DNA of 64,000 nt from Hamiltosporidium tvaerminnensis FI-OER-3-3 (GCA_022605425.2 JAKIMF020000011.1:1-64000), one strand, 5' to 3'; positions 42,036 to 55,370 are shown, counted from the stretch's first letter. Program-made: numbers and translations. Notes: generated by a model from the sequence alone, not told the origin.

Positions 42036-42736
42036 GAGTGGAGGGAGGATAACCACATAAAAAACTTTCTGCTTGGCAATGAGTGTGTGAAACTGGTGTG
42101 AGATCATTGTTTGGATTTTTGGTGGTAATACACCACACTACATCTTTGGTTGTTCCATGGGAGTTGTTATGAGGAGGGGAGGTCTAAGAGATGGAGAAAC
42201 TTTTTCTACAAATTTATTTGTAGTTTTTTATGTAACCAGATTGCAGACCGCAGCTGAACATGTAGGTAATTGCCATGTAAAAGCATGGAAACCTAGCCTT
42301 GCTCACTCGTGTTAGAAGACTTAGCGCCTGGGAGATACAAAACAAAAAACCATATAAAGCCAGGAAAGCTAAGTAGCAGGTTATACCTGTTGGTATGACA
42401 TTGCACTGTCTAGGTGGACCCCATGTAAATCTCTGAAATATATCTTAGCTAGAAGTTTATTGGGTTCAGAAAGTGTAGAGTAAGTGGGAATGCTGCATAG
42501 TCTTGGGGGAGCCCAGGGGGGGCTTCGGCCTTCGATCACACTCCATGCAACGGACATTAACGAACTTCGGGCAACTGCCTCGCCTAGTAATTAGGTTCTA
42601 CACACCTGGTAGATGAAAGGCTTTGGGACGTAGGTATCGCAGGGGTTACCGATGGAGTGTTGGGGTAGCAGTTATTTATGTTAAACCTAGAACTGCGTTA
42701 ATGTCATGAAAACAAATATAACACTTGCCACTGTTT
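42036..42736 (+). ncRNA. Best-preserved copy of a ~690-nt putative large structured RNA (family unidentified)
   Basis: GC about twice background. No open frame found in the frames read. More than ten complementary segments: closing UGGCA/AGUGU 42074-86 with ACACUUGCCA 42721-30; CUACAAA/UUUGUAG 42206-23; UAGGU+CCAUG / CAUGG+ACCUA 42263-95; ACUUAGC+CCUGG / CCAGG+GCUAAGU 42319-74; AGCAGGU/ACCUGUU 42375-91; UCUGAA/UUCAGA 42432-70; GGC-UUCG-GCC 42521-30; GACAUUAACG 42553-62 / CGUUAAUGUC 42696-705; ACACUCCAU 42538-46 / AUGGAGUGU 42652-60. Confidence 0.68.
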
Positions 42737-43899
42737 TAATAAAGATGTGATACTTTTAAATAAAGTTTTTAAATATTATTTTTTCTATTACATTTTCATT
42801 TTATTTTAAATCACTTATATGTAATTTTAATTTTATTCGGTTTTTAAAGCTAAGAATTTATTATAAAAAATCATTTAAAGATTTGTTAATCTCAATCAAC
42901 AATATATAAAAAGAAAAGTGAATATTATATATCTCAAGTTCTTAAATTTGATTTTTTATTTGTAAAACAGAAAAAAATAAAGATTTGAAAAAAATAAATT
43001 AAAAGCTTTTTTATGTTAATATGACGTTATTCTTTATTTAATAAGTTGTAATAATTGTTTAAGTTCATATAAGTAAGTATTATCTAAATATTAAGCATTT
43101 TAACAAATTGAGAGATTATTCAGGATAGTGTATATTAAAAAATTATATAAATCAGATCTCTAAATCAAATAAAGAGATTAAGTCCAATACTAACGATCAA
43201 TAATAATTTTTAAAATGAAATTTGTTAAAGGCTGAATGACATACAAAAAAATTATTTCTTCAATTTTCTTTAGTATATATTAGTGATAAGGCTTTTATTA
43301 ACAATGAAAAATTTAAATTCATTAAAAAGCAACTCATTGTTAATTTGAATAAATAAAATGTCGATTGAATAATTTAAAAAAAAATAACGAATTTAAAAAT
43401 ATATTAGAAATAACAAGGTTGAGGCATAAATAAAGCCAAATTATTTAATAAATTAATATATTTTAAAAAAACTTTTAAGTATTTTCACTCAGTTTTTTTC
43501 TTTTAGTATGAAAATGCTGCTTAATTATCCTAAAATTATTTGAATTATTTGAATATTTTATGAGCAATTTTAATTCTTAAATATAATTTCTAAATATTTT
43601 TTTGACTTTTTATAAGAAAGAAAAGTAGTTTTATATATTTTAAAATACTTTTTTTACTTTTAGATGTTTTACATTCTATTTATATTTATATATTCATTAC
43701 TAGGTTGAAATTCCTGTAAAAGGTTATAATAATACATTCTTCTTCATATAGATCGTTATATATTACCTTGTTTGGTTTAAAAATAGAATTAATTGTGATA
43801 TTTATTCTTGAATTCAAATCATAAATAAAAAACTAATTTAAATATAAAATTTTATGAAATAAAAGAAGTTTATTAGAATTTATCTTTTTCTCGGGTGAT

Positions 43900-45480
43900 T
43901 TAATAATTTAAAATTTTTCTATAAGATTCGTGATAACTACTTCTATATTTGCGAGCTTTTTTAATATTGAATAGTAAATTCTTTAGTTAAGAAACTGATT
44001 TAATTTTTTAAAGCTTTATTATTCGTTAAATCTCTTTCCAATAATTTATCTAATATATATCTAAACTTTTTCATTTAAATGGATAAACTTATATTTGTTA
44101 ACTATCAAAAAAATTCTTTACGATACTAAAATTTGTATAACATAATTTAAAGCATTATTTTAAATGTATTTGAAATGGAATATATGTCTTTCTTTATTTT
44201 GTTATACTAGCAAAATTCAATAATATAAAAAATAAACTGAAACTATTTTTTTTAGTTGTAGACTAAAAAGCTATGCTTTTAGAAGTTATGAAAATTAGTA
44301 AACCCACCATAAAAAGTAATAGTAACTGTAAAAAATAATTTAATTAACAATATTTCTTGTATCTAATCTAGTTCGATATACAGAAATTTGTATTTCAAAT
44401 CATTTTAGTTAAATTTTTTAAACTAGAATTGCATACAATTTATAATGTAAAAACTGCTTTTTATTATAAATTTATGTATCTCAGAACGATATACCGATCT
44501 AATATAGAAATAAAGGTAAGATTTTCTGTTTTATGTAAATTAATTCATATAATAATATATTATTGGATAACTGAATGATTTATTGTATCACTGAAATCTT
44601 TTTGATAATTCTTGAATTTAAAGATATAATTTATCCGTTTATTTAAAATTTAGAATTATGAGGCAATAAATCTTTTTATTTTGCACAAAAAAATATTCTA
44701 ATTGTATATGTTGAAAAATTATGTTCAACTTAATTTTTTTAGTAAAGAATAGATTGTTTCATAATATTTAATTAGTTGCTCAAATTTATTTACAGTAAAT
44801 TAATTATCATTAAGGAAATGTTATTATCTTGATATATCAAATTTTTAATTTAGAATTTGTTTTTACCAAAGAAAATGTGCATTCAGTTCTTATATTCTAT
44901 GAAAAAAGCTTTTTTAAATGAATTCTTAGTATAATGAAATTCTTAAACCTGTTTTCAAGTATAATAAAGTTATTTCAAATTTATTTTCTTTACTATGATA
45001 AAATCTTGATTCTTACATAAATCTAGATCAATAAGTTAATCTACTATTTTTGTTTAGTAATTTCTTTTTGGGTTATTTTTACTGATGTTACAAGGAATAT
45101 TTTTTTTCAGAACCTTGATGCAATTTTTTGATATTTATATGTAAACGTTTGTTCTAATAAGCTTTAAACGTAAATTTATTCATTTAAACTATAATTTATG
45201 TTTTAGATGCGTATAACTCTGAATTCTACTAAAAAAAAGTAATTTTTTTTATGGCCAAATCCCCTGATAAAAATTTAAAAATAATTAAATCCTAATTTTG
45301 CTGACTAATAGTTATCTCAGAAAAATATAAAACTATGCTAATCGAGATAAAATTATTTTTAAACGAAATTTAAATTTATGGAAATTATTTTAAAATAACT
45401 CGGATTTTATTGTGTCTGAAAATACTATTTGTAAACTATAATAAAGTAAATATTTTTTAGAATTAAAAACAATGCTGAAT
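43900..45480 (+). pseudogene. Possible decayed LRR-like protein gene
   Basis: Fragments such as PFI*NLEL*GN, DKNLKIIKS*FC*L and FLNEI*IYGNYF; very degraded, boundaries uncertain. Confidence 0.2.
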
Positions 45481-47199
45481 TAAGCCTATATATTAAATAC
45501 TGTGTTAAATATTCGTTTTAAACACTGTTATAGTGCGAAAAGGGTGAATCGCAGTGGGTCCTTAAAATAGTAAGTCAGAATCTAAAATTTTTGGCTTTAT
45601 GCTTAGATTTCCATTTAAAGTGGAATTCAAAAACTTACAATACGAAAAAAAATAAAATATTTCTTTTTAAATGGCAAAATAGGATTCCTGTATTTAAAAT
45701 AAACATCATTGTTCTGGTACTGTATCAGAAGACTAAAATATGTTTAAAATCTTTTTCAAAATAATTTGGTTTTAGAAATTCAAATTTAAAAATAAGATCT
45801 ATTATAGTTACATATTTTGGTTGCTTTTAATTTTATCTTATTACATTTTTCTATATATTTTTGATTTTATTGTTTCAACTAAAGTAAAATATTTAAATTA
45901 ATTTATATAAGTGAAATTTACACTCTAAACTTTTTACACTGTCCTTTTTATAAGATCTCAAGTATAATAGTTCAAAAAATTAAATTTAGCATTCGAAAAT
46001 TATTTAACGCAATAGTCCGAATTTGTTTTACATTTTAACCTGCTATTATTTGATCTTGTCGAGATAAAAAATAATAATTAAAATATGGCTGAGGACCATA
46101 TTAGAAATTTTCTTGATATGTTTTTAGCATATTTTTTTTTTAGATGAACATAGTAATTTATTATCGTGTTAGAAATAATATATAAAATTGGCTTTTTATC
46201 ATTTTTTTACTTTAGAAAATGTGTGCTACATTCTATGTTCTGATTATATGGATTTTTGTATAATACATTGATATTAAGTGTTAATTCACACCTGGCTTTA
46301 ATAAAATCAATATTGAATATAGGTATTAAATTCACGAGTAAATTGGAGCTTCGTTATTTATATATAGACGTTTTGAGCATTTTTTATTTTAAGGGTCTGC
46401 GAGGTAAATGCAACACTAAACTGTTGTCTTGTAAAGAATATTGAGTTTAACCATTGGGGCTTATTTCTTTTACTTTTATTATTTATACTTTTTTTAATCT
46501 AAATGACCTATAGATGTTTTTAAAAGAGATAATACAAAATAAATGATATCCACATTACATATATACTTAATGATCCGGAAAATTTAAACTAATCAATGGT
46601 AATAATATTTAACCTCCTTAATTTAAATACAACAAACATGAAAGTATACTTCGATTGAAAATAAGCAGGGAAATAGAATTTAAAATACGGATTTAAGGAA
46701 ACAGATAGTAGTATGAAGAAAACAATAAAAGTTACATTAATTGGCATGGATTATATTTGAAATAAATAAATTAAGTCATTTCACGTTGCTTTATTTTATA
46801 TAATTATTTTTAATTTCGTCTACATTTCATACATTATTATTCTTTGTTTCAAATATTGACTTTTCCTATGTTTTTTTTCTATTTGCGTAGTTTTATTTTG
46901 TTACATTTTAAATAGCTCTTTAATTCAGTACAAAGAGACTTTTATCCTTAGATAGTTAGTTTTCTATTCATATATTTTATTGTTTCATATTATTTCTAAT
47001 TAACTAGAATCGTTATAATTTAGATATTTTTGCAGTATATTTTCTAATCATTTATTCTTTTTCCTTATTCTTTAAGAAATATTTTAAAGTTTATTAAGAA
47101 GAGTCAATAAAATAATCAAGTAATATTAGAAGTGCATAAAAGCATTCTAAATGTTCTTTATATTATCTTATTCCAAAGTTAGGAATTAAAATCATTTAT

Positions 47200-50100
47200 A
47201 TTTTATGTAAATTTTTTAGCTAATTTTTTTCTTTCATACAATAATTTTTTTATATAGTGTATTTAGAAATTTAAAATTTTGAAAATCGAATTCAAAAAAA
47301 TATATGAATTATTATTTGAAATATATAGAATGGATATAAAAGATCTTGTATTAGTTTGTTCGATTTTGTAAATATTAAAATTTATCGCCGTTTTGTGCTA
47401 ATTTTTGTTACCTATTTTTTTCGATTTGTTTATGTATATTTGTATTGAAGGCTTTAAAACTAAGAAAAAGTTAAGCTTATAAGAAATAGAATTTAATATT
47501 TAAAAAATCACGAGAATAGTACATAAATGTTTATAATAATATAATTGGTGATGTTTAATATTCCATTTAGCCATGTTTCCGGCATATTTTTTATTTTATG
47601 TTTTCGGTTTTTTTATATAGTTTGGTATATAGGTATAGACATTCTAAAATTATTTTATAATGATTTTAAAATATATAAGTTTTAGTAGATAAAAATCAAT
47701 AAAAATCTCTTGGACGGAGAATATAATTTCTTTTTATAGTCTATATTAAAAGTTTAATATGTTTTGGATTTTTTTTAACCTATTTTTTTAAATTTTGTTT
47801 TATATATTATGTATATAGTGTATGAAACAATTTGGAAAAATGTAAAAATAATTCAAACATAGTTAGATCTTAAGGTTGTAAATACATTATAATAGAATAG
47901 ATATGTGAAAATAAATATAATATTTTTTTATATAGTATATCTTTATATTTTAAGAAATTTTTTTCTATTTAACTTTTTTAGATTTGGTCGATCATCTATG
48001 TATAGTCGAATAGAAGTTATAAAATTATTAAAAAATCGAGCTATAAAAATATAAGATTACATATTTAGAAATTATTGTAAATTGAGTGAATGGTCTTATA
48101 ATAATTAAATAATGATGTTTACTATTTAATTTGGTCATTTTTATAAATTTTGTCATTTAATTTTTTCACTGTATTTTTTTGAAATCTTTTGTTCATAGTG
48201 TATGAAACGACTGGAAATCGGAAACAAATTGGTTCAAAAATATACAATTTAATAATTGAAAATCCCATATCTAAACGCTTTAAATTATCTAAATGTGAAA
48301 ATTAATTTACTTAAATAAATTTCTTAATGTTCGGTGTTATTTATGTACATTTTTTTTCGATTTTATTCAAAGCTAGTGTCCGCCTTGAGTCGAATTGACA
48401 ATACAAAAATTTTGAAAAAAATAAATTTAGAAAAATATATGTTTTATTGAATAAAAATTGCATAAAGCACTTCGGATATTAGGTAAATAATTTAATTTTG
48501 TAGTTTTAAATAAAATTTTGATTATCTTCGATGTCATTTTTTCCTACCTAATTTTTTGAATTTTGTTTAATATATTTTATATATAGTATATGAAACGCTT
48601 TAGAAATCTTGCAGAACTTGGACTCGAAAGATATAAGATCTAATACTTTAAAATTGTTGTAAATACATCAGATAGGTTTTTAACAATATTTCATGCCTTT
48701 TTATAATTAAATCTAGCTATGTTTTATCAAGTTTTTATTACCTAATTTTTTACGATTTTATTCGATATATTTGCTGTATACAGTTATGAAGCAATAAAAA
48801 AAATTTTAAAAAATATATTCGATTAAATACTTAAGAATTTATTAAAATAATTCGAATCTGTTATTAATAATGAAATAAGATTGTTTAAAATGGAATTTAT
48901 TCATAATTATGCGGATTTTTATTACCTAATTTTTTTTAAAGTGGTTCAAATATTTTTCTACAGTAGTATTAAACACTCGGTAATTTAATAAAAAAACAAA
49001 TGAAATATATAATATTAAATGGTTAATAATCACCTAAAATGGCTTAAAAATTCTTAAAATAGCTTAAAAAGATTGTTTAATATGAAATTATGTGTTTTTA
49101 GTGTAAGTTTTTTTAACTAATTTTTAGTAATTTTTCGATATAATTTCTATATGGTCGTATTGACGATTCGAGATGATGAAAATATCAGTAAAAAAGAAAA
49201 TCTTGAATGATTAAAATTCTCTGAAAATTATACAGAACTTCTTATAATGATCTAATATAATTATATTTTACGAAAGATTTAGGAAAGTTTCTGTGTAATT
49301 CCATTTTCCAAATTTTCATATTTTTTTTCGATAATATTTTCTATATACTGTAGGAAACGATTTTAAATTAGAAAAAAATATTCAGAAAAAAACATTAGTT
49401 ATAATCTCAGAGAACCATATAATAAATGTTCTTAAGATATCATTAATTTTATGTTTCTGTTAAATTTTCTAATATTCTATGTAACTTTTAGACTGAATTT
49501 TTTAAATTCATTTGTTATATTTATATATACTATATTCAATTATTCGAAGTTATCACAAATTCAAAATATAAAAATAATTATGTTTATTTAAATAAGAATT
49601 ATTCGAAAAACTACCAGGTAGATTCTTAACCTAATATATTTATTCTTAAATTTGTATTTGATTTACCTATATTTTTTATATTTTTTAATTTTGTTAGATT
49701 AGTTTCAATATAGTTGTATAAACCATTGCAAGATTCTAAAAATAAACTAAAAAAATATATGATTTATTACCTAAAGAATGTAAAAACATTCCATATGGAT
49801 TTATAAAGTTCCGAATGAGATAATAAAAAATTTGGTCAATTTATTAATTTTTTTGATTTACTTAATCAGTTTTCGTACAGTCGTATATACGATTTAAAAA
49901 ATATAAAAAAGCTGTTCTTAAAAAATAAACGCTTCAATGCATAGGAATCTATAAAAATACATCAAGTGTGATTTTAATAATTTTATTTTTATGTTTACTA
50001 TAAAATATAGCAGTTTTTCTTATAAATTTTTATTACTTATTTTTGCAATGTTGCTTAGTATATCTTTTATATGTGTATGAAGAAATTTAACAATTATGAA

Positions 50101-51560
50101 AAATTCAAGTTGCCCAAATAAACCATAAAATAATTATAACGCTCTAAATATTTTAAAAAAATACGTCTATATACTTAGATTATGCTTTATGATAATATTA
50201 AGTCATTTTGTGTGTTTGTTTCAATTTTCAATTTTTTTGAATTTTTTAGGCATATATACCTATAAATATGTCGCGTTTGAAAATTGAAAAAACATCAACG
50301 AAAAAATACATATTCAATGCACGAATTTTAATTAATTTATAGAGGAGTCTTACAGTACTCTAAAAGGTTGCTTCTGAATAAGCTCTGATGTTCTGAAAGT
50401 AAATTTCTAAATTAATTTTTTCGAATTTGTCAAACTACATATTATATTTTGTATGAAGTAATTTAAAAAAAGGTGAAAATCTTCGTTAAAAAAATTTAAG
50501 AATTATATTACGAAAATATCGCAACTATCAAATTATGTATAGTGTAACAGAATATTTTTCTTTAATTTAAATTTATAGTATATCTTTCTATTAAATTCGA
50601 ATGAATTGATTTTTTTCGATTTGTTTTATGTATAGTCGTTAGAATGATATGAAAAATGGAAAAAAATATAATTAAAAAAAATAGATGTTTCGTTGAATAA
50701 AAATTGGTATAGATAATCAGATGTTTAGATAAAAATTTTATTTATAGTTGAGAATAAATTTAATCTTTTTTCTTAACTTTTTTTATTGCTTGATTTTTTC
50801 TATTTTGTTTAATAGAGTTACATGTATCAGAATTGAAGATTTTAAAATTTTTAAAATACTTTGTAAGAAAGAAATACTATTTAATGCTCTGAAATTGATA
50901 CAAATTCTACTAATATGCTTATAAAATATGACTGTTTATTTTGTATAAAATTTGGTTATGCAATCTTCATTACAATTTTTTTTGATTTTTTTCGTGATAT
51001 ATTTGTATATAGTATATGAAACAAATAGAGAATTATCGATGACAAAATAAAATTTTTAAATAGTCAAAAAACAGCAAAAATACAAGAAATTATCTAATAA
51101 GGAAACAATATTGAGGTTGTTAATAAACTTTTCCCGTTTTTAAGAACATTTTTTCACAATATTTTTTTTCATTTCGATCAACCTATCTCGTATATAGTGT
51201 GTAGGCTATTCCAAAATTTTTGAAAATATTTTACAAGATATATGTTTTAATACCGAAAATTACTTTGAATATAATGAATAATTGTTTAATAATTAGATAT
51301 TGTATGTATAATGAAATTTCTTGGTGCATTTTGTAAATTTCTGTACTCCAAAATTATCGAATTTAGTCGATATAGTTACTTATAGTCGTATTGAAGATTC
51401 TAAAATATGAAAAGCAAATCTAAAAACAAGTAAGATTATATACATGAAAAATAACCAGAAATCTTTATAATTATCAAATGTGGTTTCTTTTAATTAAATC
51501 TGCCATTTTTGCTTTCAATTTTTATACTTGTTTATTTTTTAAATTTTATTTAGATTCGTT
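47200..51560. repeat. Diverged ~188-bp satellite array II (~23 units), same family as array I
   Basis: Same core at ~47252, 47626, 47811, 47998, 48191, 48580, 48775, 48958, 49148, 49342, 49707, 49875, 50068, 51005, 51190 and 51378. Confidence 0.8.
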
Positions 51561-51699
51561 TCCTTTTTAAGTTTTTTAACTGGAATATTTTATGTTTATG
51601 TAATTATTTTTCTGCTTTTACTACATTTAAAATTTCTTGTTGTATATACTTGTTTTACTTAAATTAATTTTGCTTAACCTTAATCTACTTTTTAAATGT

Positions 51700-54045
51700 G
51701 GTTACATTTTTTTAGATCATTCTTTTGTTATTCATTTTCTAAGTTAAATGCTCCCTTATGTAAGCAGTTTTTACAAACAAAACTGTTCTAGCTCTTATAA
51801 TGGTGAAGTTTATAAATAAAGTACTATTTTTTCCATTATAAAGTATTATGTTATTATATTTTTTATGGAATTTTTGTTAATTTTATGTCAATTTATATTC
51901 ATTTATCTAAAAATTCGTTTAATCATATCAATAGGATACATTAGAATATATAGTTAAGTAATTTCTCTTTTTATATGATTTTAAGGGGTAACCTTAATAA
52001 GCTTATAAAATTTACCATAATTAGAAGTTTTTAAGTGTGAGGTATTGGATGTTTTTTTATGTTCATTTATTACATCTAGACTATTAAAACCTTATCTGAG
52101 TATCTTAAAATAAGATTTTTTTTATCTTGGTCACAATACGCTGTGTTTAACTTGAATATGGCCGTATTAAATTTTATGAAATCGTTTGGAAGCTCTCAGT
52201 ATATTGTTAGAAACATTAATCATATATGGGATTTATAGATAACTTTCGATTTCTATATAACCTCATATTATTTACCTTTTATAAAATTGATTGAAATGCC
52301 AGGTATCTATTATAAATGTATTGTTTATGTTACTTAAGAAAAATATAAATCTATTTGAAAGAAGGATGTATATGTGAAAGATATTTTAATATCATGTATA
52401 AAACTTTTAATCGAATTAATGAGAAAATTAATACTATTAATTTTTGTGAAATGGATTAAATTTTTATAGATTTATAAAGAGATTAATTTATTATGTGTAA
52501 TACAATTTATAGGCAGTAGATCTTAATATTTCATTCATCTCAATATATCATAAAAATAAATATTTAGTTTTATAATATATAGCCAGAGTGAACCAACTTA
52601 AATTGTTATATTCATAAATGTATTAAATTTTTTTATAATTTGTAAACTCTTTTTATTATAATTATATACTATCTAACTGCAAAGTGCTAAAGAATTAACT
52701 TTAACTAAATAGGATAGTATACTAAAATGTCTTGAAGTAATAACTTTGTTTTATTTATATTACTTTTATATTAAAACTACATTTTAATGAATGATTTTAA
52801 ACTAATTATTCGTACATTTGAATGCTCTTGAATTATCTACCTAGTTTAAAGGCGAGATTTCTACAACTATGTTTTAAATAGTTCGGATATCTGCTATTTG
52901 AGTTTTTTTGATCTTTAACTTTCACTGTAACAATACGGATTCACACAAAAAAATAATTCAACTAGAAAATAATTTAGATAATATTTGAATTTGTATAAAG
53001 ATAGAAGGAATCATCAATACATAGTTCCATATAAACTTAATTTTATACCACATATTTTAATATATATATTCTTTAAAGAGCTTTACAGCGATGAAAAAAT
53101 CTTCAAAAACGAAGTAATAACTTTACTACTGTGACTTACAAGATTTATACAATTTTGATATCTGAATATATTCATGGGATGATATGTAATGAGAAGATTA
53201 AAAAACATATTATTTCTATGAAATCGGTCGTTTATTATAATTCAACAAATAAAATTTCTATGATTGTGTTTGTTGGTCTAGAGATTATACTATCAAAATT
53301 ACGATTTGTCTACTTAAAATATAAAAAAAAGATAATTGAATATTAAAAGTAAGAACAAAGTAAAATTTAGGAAGTTTCTAATTTGTGGCATCTTTTAAAA
53401 GTGACTTAGGACTATCTTCTTATAAAACTTCTGACACGTCTTCATATATATAAACATTAAACCCAGTGTAGAAGCAAAAGAAACTTGTACCACAATCAAC
53501 TACTATTTTTACCAATACATTTGCAATGAATTATTATTCTTACACAATCTAAACTGATTTGGATTATAGAACGGGAATATGTAAGGTTATTTACATGTAT
53601 TCCTATTATGATTCAAAAGTAGTGCCAAAAAACTCATCCGGTCTTGGTTAAAGTAGGATTTAACTAAACAGCGGGTTCATTGCAATTATAATATATTGGT
53701 AGATAGTCATATCAATAACATTAAATAAAATTACACAAAATCTAAGGCAAAGAGCTTAATTTTGGGACGCAGTTGCCTATTTGAAAAACCCGAGGCTAAG
53801 ATATATCATAAATAAAAAAGGATATAATAATGAGTTGTGGGTTCTAACCTAAACTCTTTAAAAAATAATAACTTTTATTTACTTTGTATCGCAACACGTT
53901 ATCTCTTGTACATTATCTTATCTATTTCTTGTAAACTTGTAAAGAACCTATCTACTCTTTATGATATATGAATGAGCTATTGAGTCTATGATTGAGTTGT
54001 TTTCTTTTTAAATATATATGTATTTCCTATTTACATAGAAATAAA
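51700..54045 (-). pseudogene. Copy D of the unidentified multicopy gene (3' ~2.3 kb only)
   Basis: Similarity to copies A-C (ttatatgattttaagggg..., gaaacattaatcatatatgggattt, cacaatcaacta, tgtggcatctttta). Peptides VKSYFNQDRMSFL and IVVDCGTS. Same extent as copy B. Confidence 0.7.
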
Positions 54046-55009
54046 TTGTTCGAAAATAATCTTTATAAAAGAATCTAGATTTCTTTTGTTATGTCTATTA
54101 CAATCCAGGTAAAAAAAATTGAAATCCTTGTATGATTATAAAATTTTTAAAAAAATTGCAAAAGTATTAATATTTTATTTCTTAAATCCCAAAAAATTTT
54201 TATTTATACTTTATTAACCTATAAAAACTATTTTGCAAACAAAAATTTAGTATTAACTTATCTATTTTGAAAAAACTCTGGGAGTTTTCTTTTATTTATC
54301 AAACCAAAAATTTAATGTAAAATTTCGACTTGTGTTTTAGGAAAAGTGTTTCTTGTCTTTGAATTATACACCGCAAATTTCATATCAAACATATTATCGG
54401 CTTTAAAACATATATTTCATACAATAATAGTAAAACATTCTTTACTTTATTGCTTACTATTTAATTAGACAATTTGACCAAAAAATTTTAGTTTTTAAAT
54501 ATTTCTCATATCTACCAATTTTTAATTTATTACGTAGTTCTATAAATTATTTTAAATTTAGAAAAGTTATACACGATAAAACGCAAAACAAAAATATGCA
54601 AATAAAAAGTGCCTAAACTATGACTTATCTAAGAACCTGAAATTTTAATTTGTTTTTTTCTAAGCTATTAATTGTTGCATGTAACAGTTTCGTTGTGTTT
54701 ATTACTAACTTGTAGCTATAAATGTGAATTTTCATTATCAGATTTTATAGAAGAATTACACATCCTGATAAAATCGATTTTGTTGTAAATTAGACCATTT
54801 TGGTATTATTGGTAAAAGAATATTTCAGTTTCTAACTACATTTAAAGTTTTTTACATGTTTTTCTAGCTTTATATATATAGTTTCATTCTATGCTTTTAT
54901 ATATAACTAAATTTAATTAAAGCTATTCTCTCCATGCGATATCCTTTATAGATTTACTCGTCTCATAATATATTGTTTAAAAATATTTTTAATTTATAAT
55001 TTTCTAAAA

Positions 55010-55370
55010 ATTCAATTTAGCATTGGATGTTGCCTTTTCCTATTATTTCTTTGTTTCTGCATTGAGCGAAATTAATTTTTAATTTCTAATTATAACTTTT
55101 TTATAAATAGAAAGTAAGCTTCTATCGCAAGCATAAGGATCAGCGTCAGTAGATACCCATACACAACCAATGTAATTTAATAGACTAGTTATTTTTTTGA
55201 GTAACGCAAAATCTGGATTTGTAACTGAATTAATTTTTTGTCCGCAAAAAGAATATTAGCAAATTAATTTATAAAGTAAAAATATAGAGGAAACATAAGC
55301 GCCTGTGCAAAATATTTACAAACCAGGCACAGGGATGCAATCAAATATACCCTTAAATTAACACACAATA
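55010..55370 (-). pseudogene. Possible decayed small membrane-protein gene
   Basis: One minus frame: FKGIFDCIPVPGL*IFCTGAYVSSIFLLYKLIC*...ITLVVYGYLLTLILMLAIEAYFLFIKKL, with two hydrophobic segments and a basic tail. Confidence 0.22.

Noticed and set aside
42171-42250. RNase P/MRP CR-I-like GGAGGUCU (GAGGAAGUCU in the 19-kb copy)
   Set aside because: No convincing CR-V adjacent to the closing helix, and CR-II to CR-IV were not found. Not fully excluded without cmscan.
42360-42380. SRP helix 8-like CAGG-N10-AGCAG
   Set aside because: The 10 intervening bases form no stem or GNRA loop, both halves are used in other helices, and the motif is not conserved in the other copies.
42083-42731. Group II intron (GUGUG start; AGC-containing hairpin at 42667-42699)
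   Set aside because: The hairpin lacks domain V geometry (AC bulge, GNRA loop), the AGC is not conserved among copies, and there is no domain VI.
42036-42736. Minus-strand Cys/His-rich reading frame (CYICFHD..CMECDRR..) across the GC-rich element
   Set aside because: It has several in-frame stops including TGA, and the frame is not kept in the other copies. G-U pairing bias and cUUCGg favour a + strand RNA.
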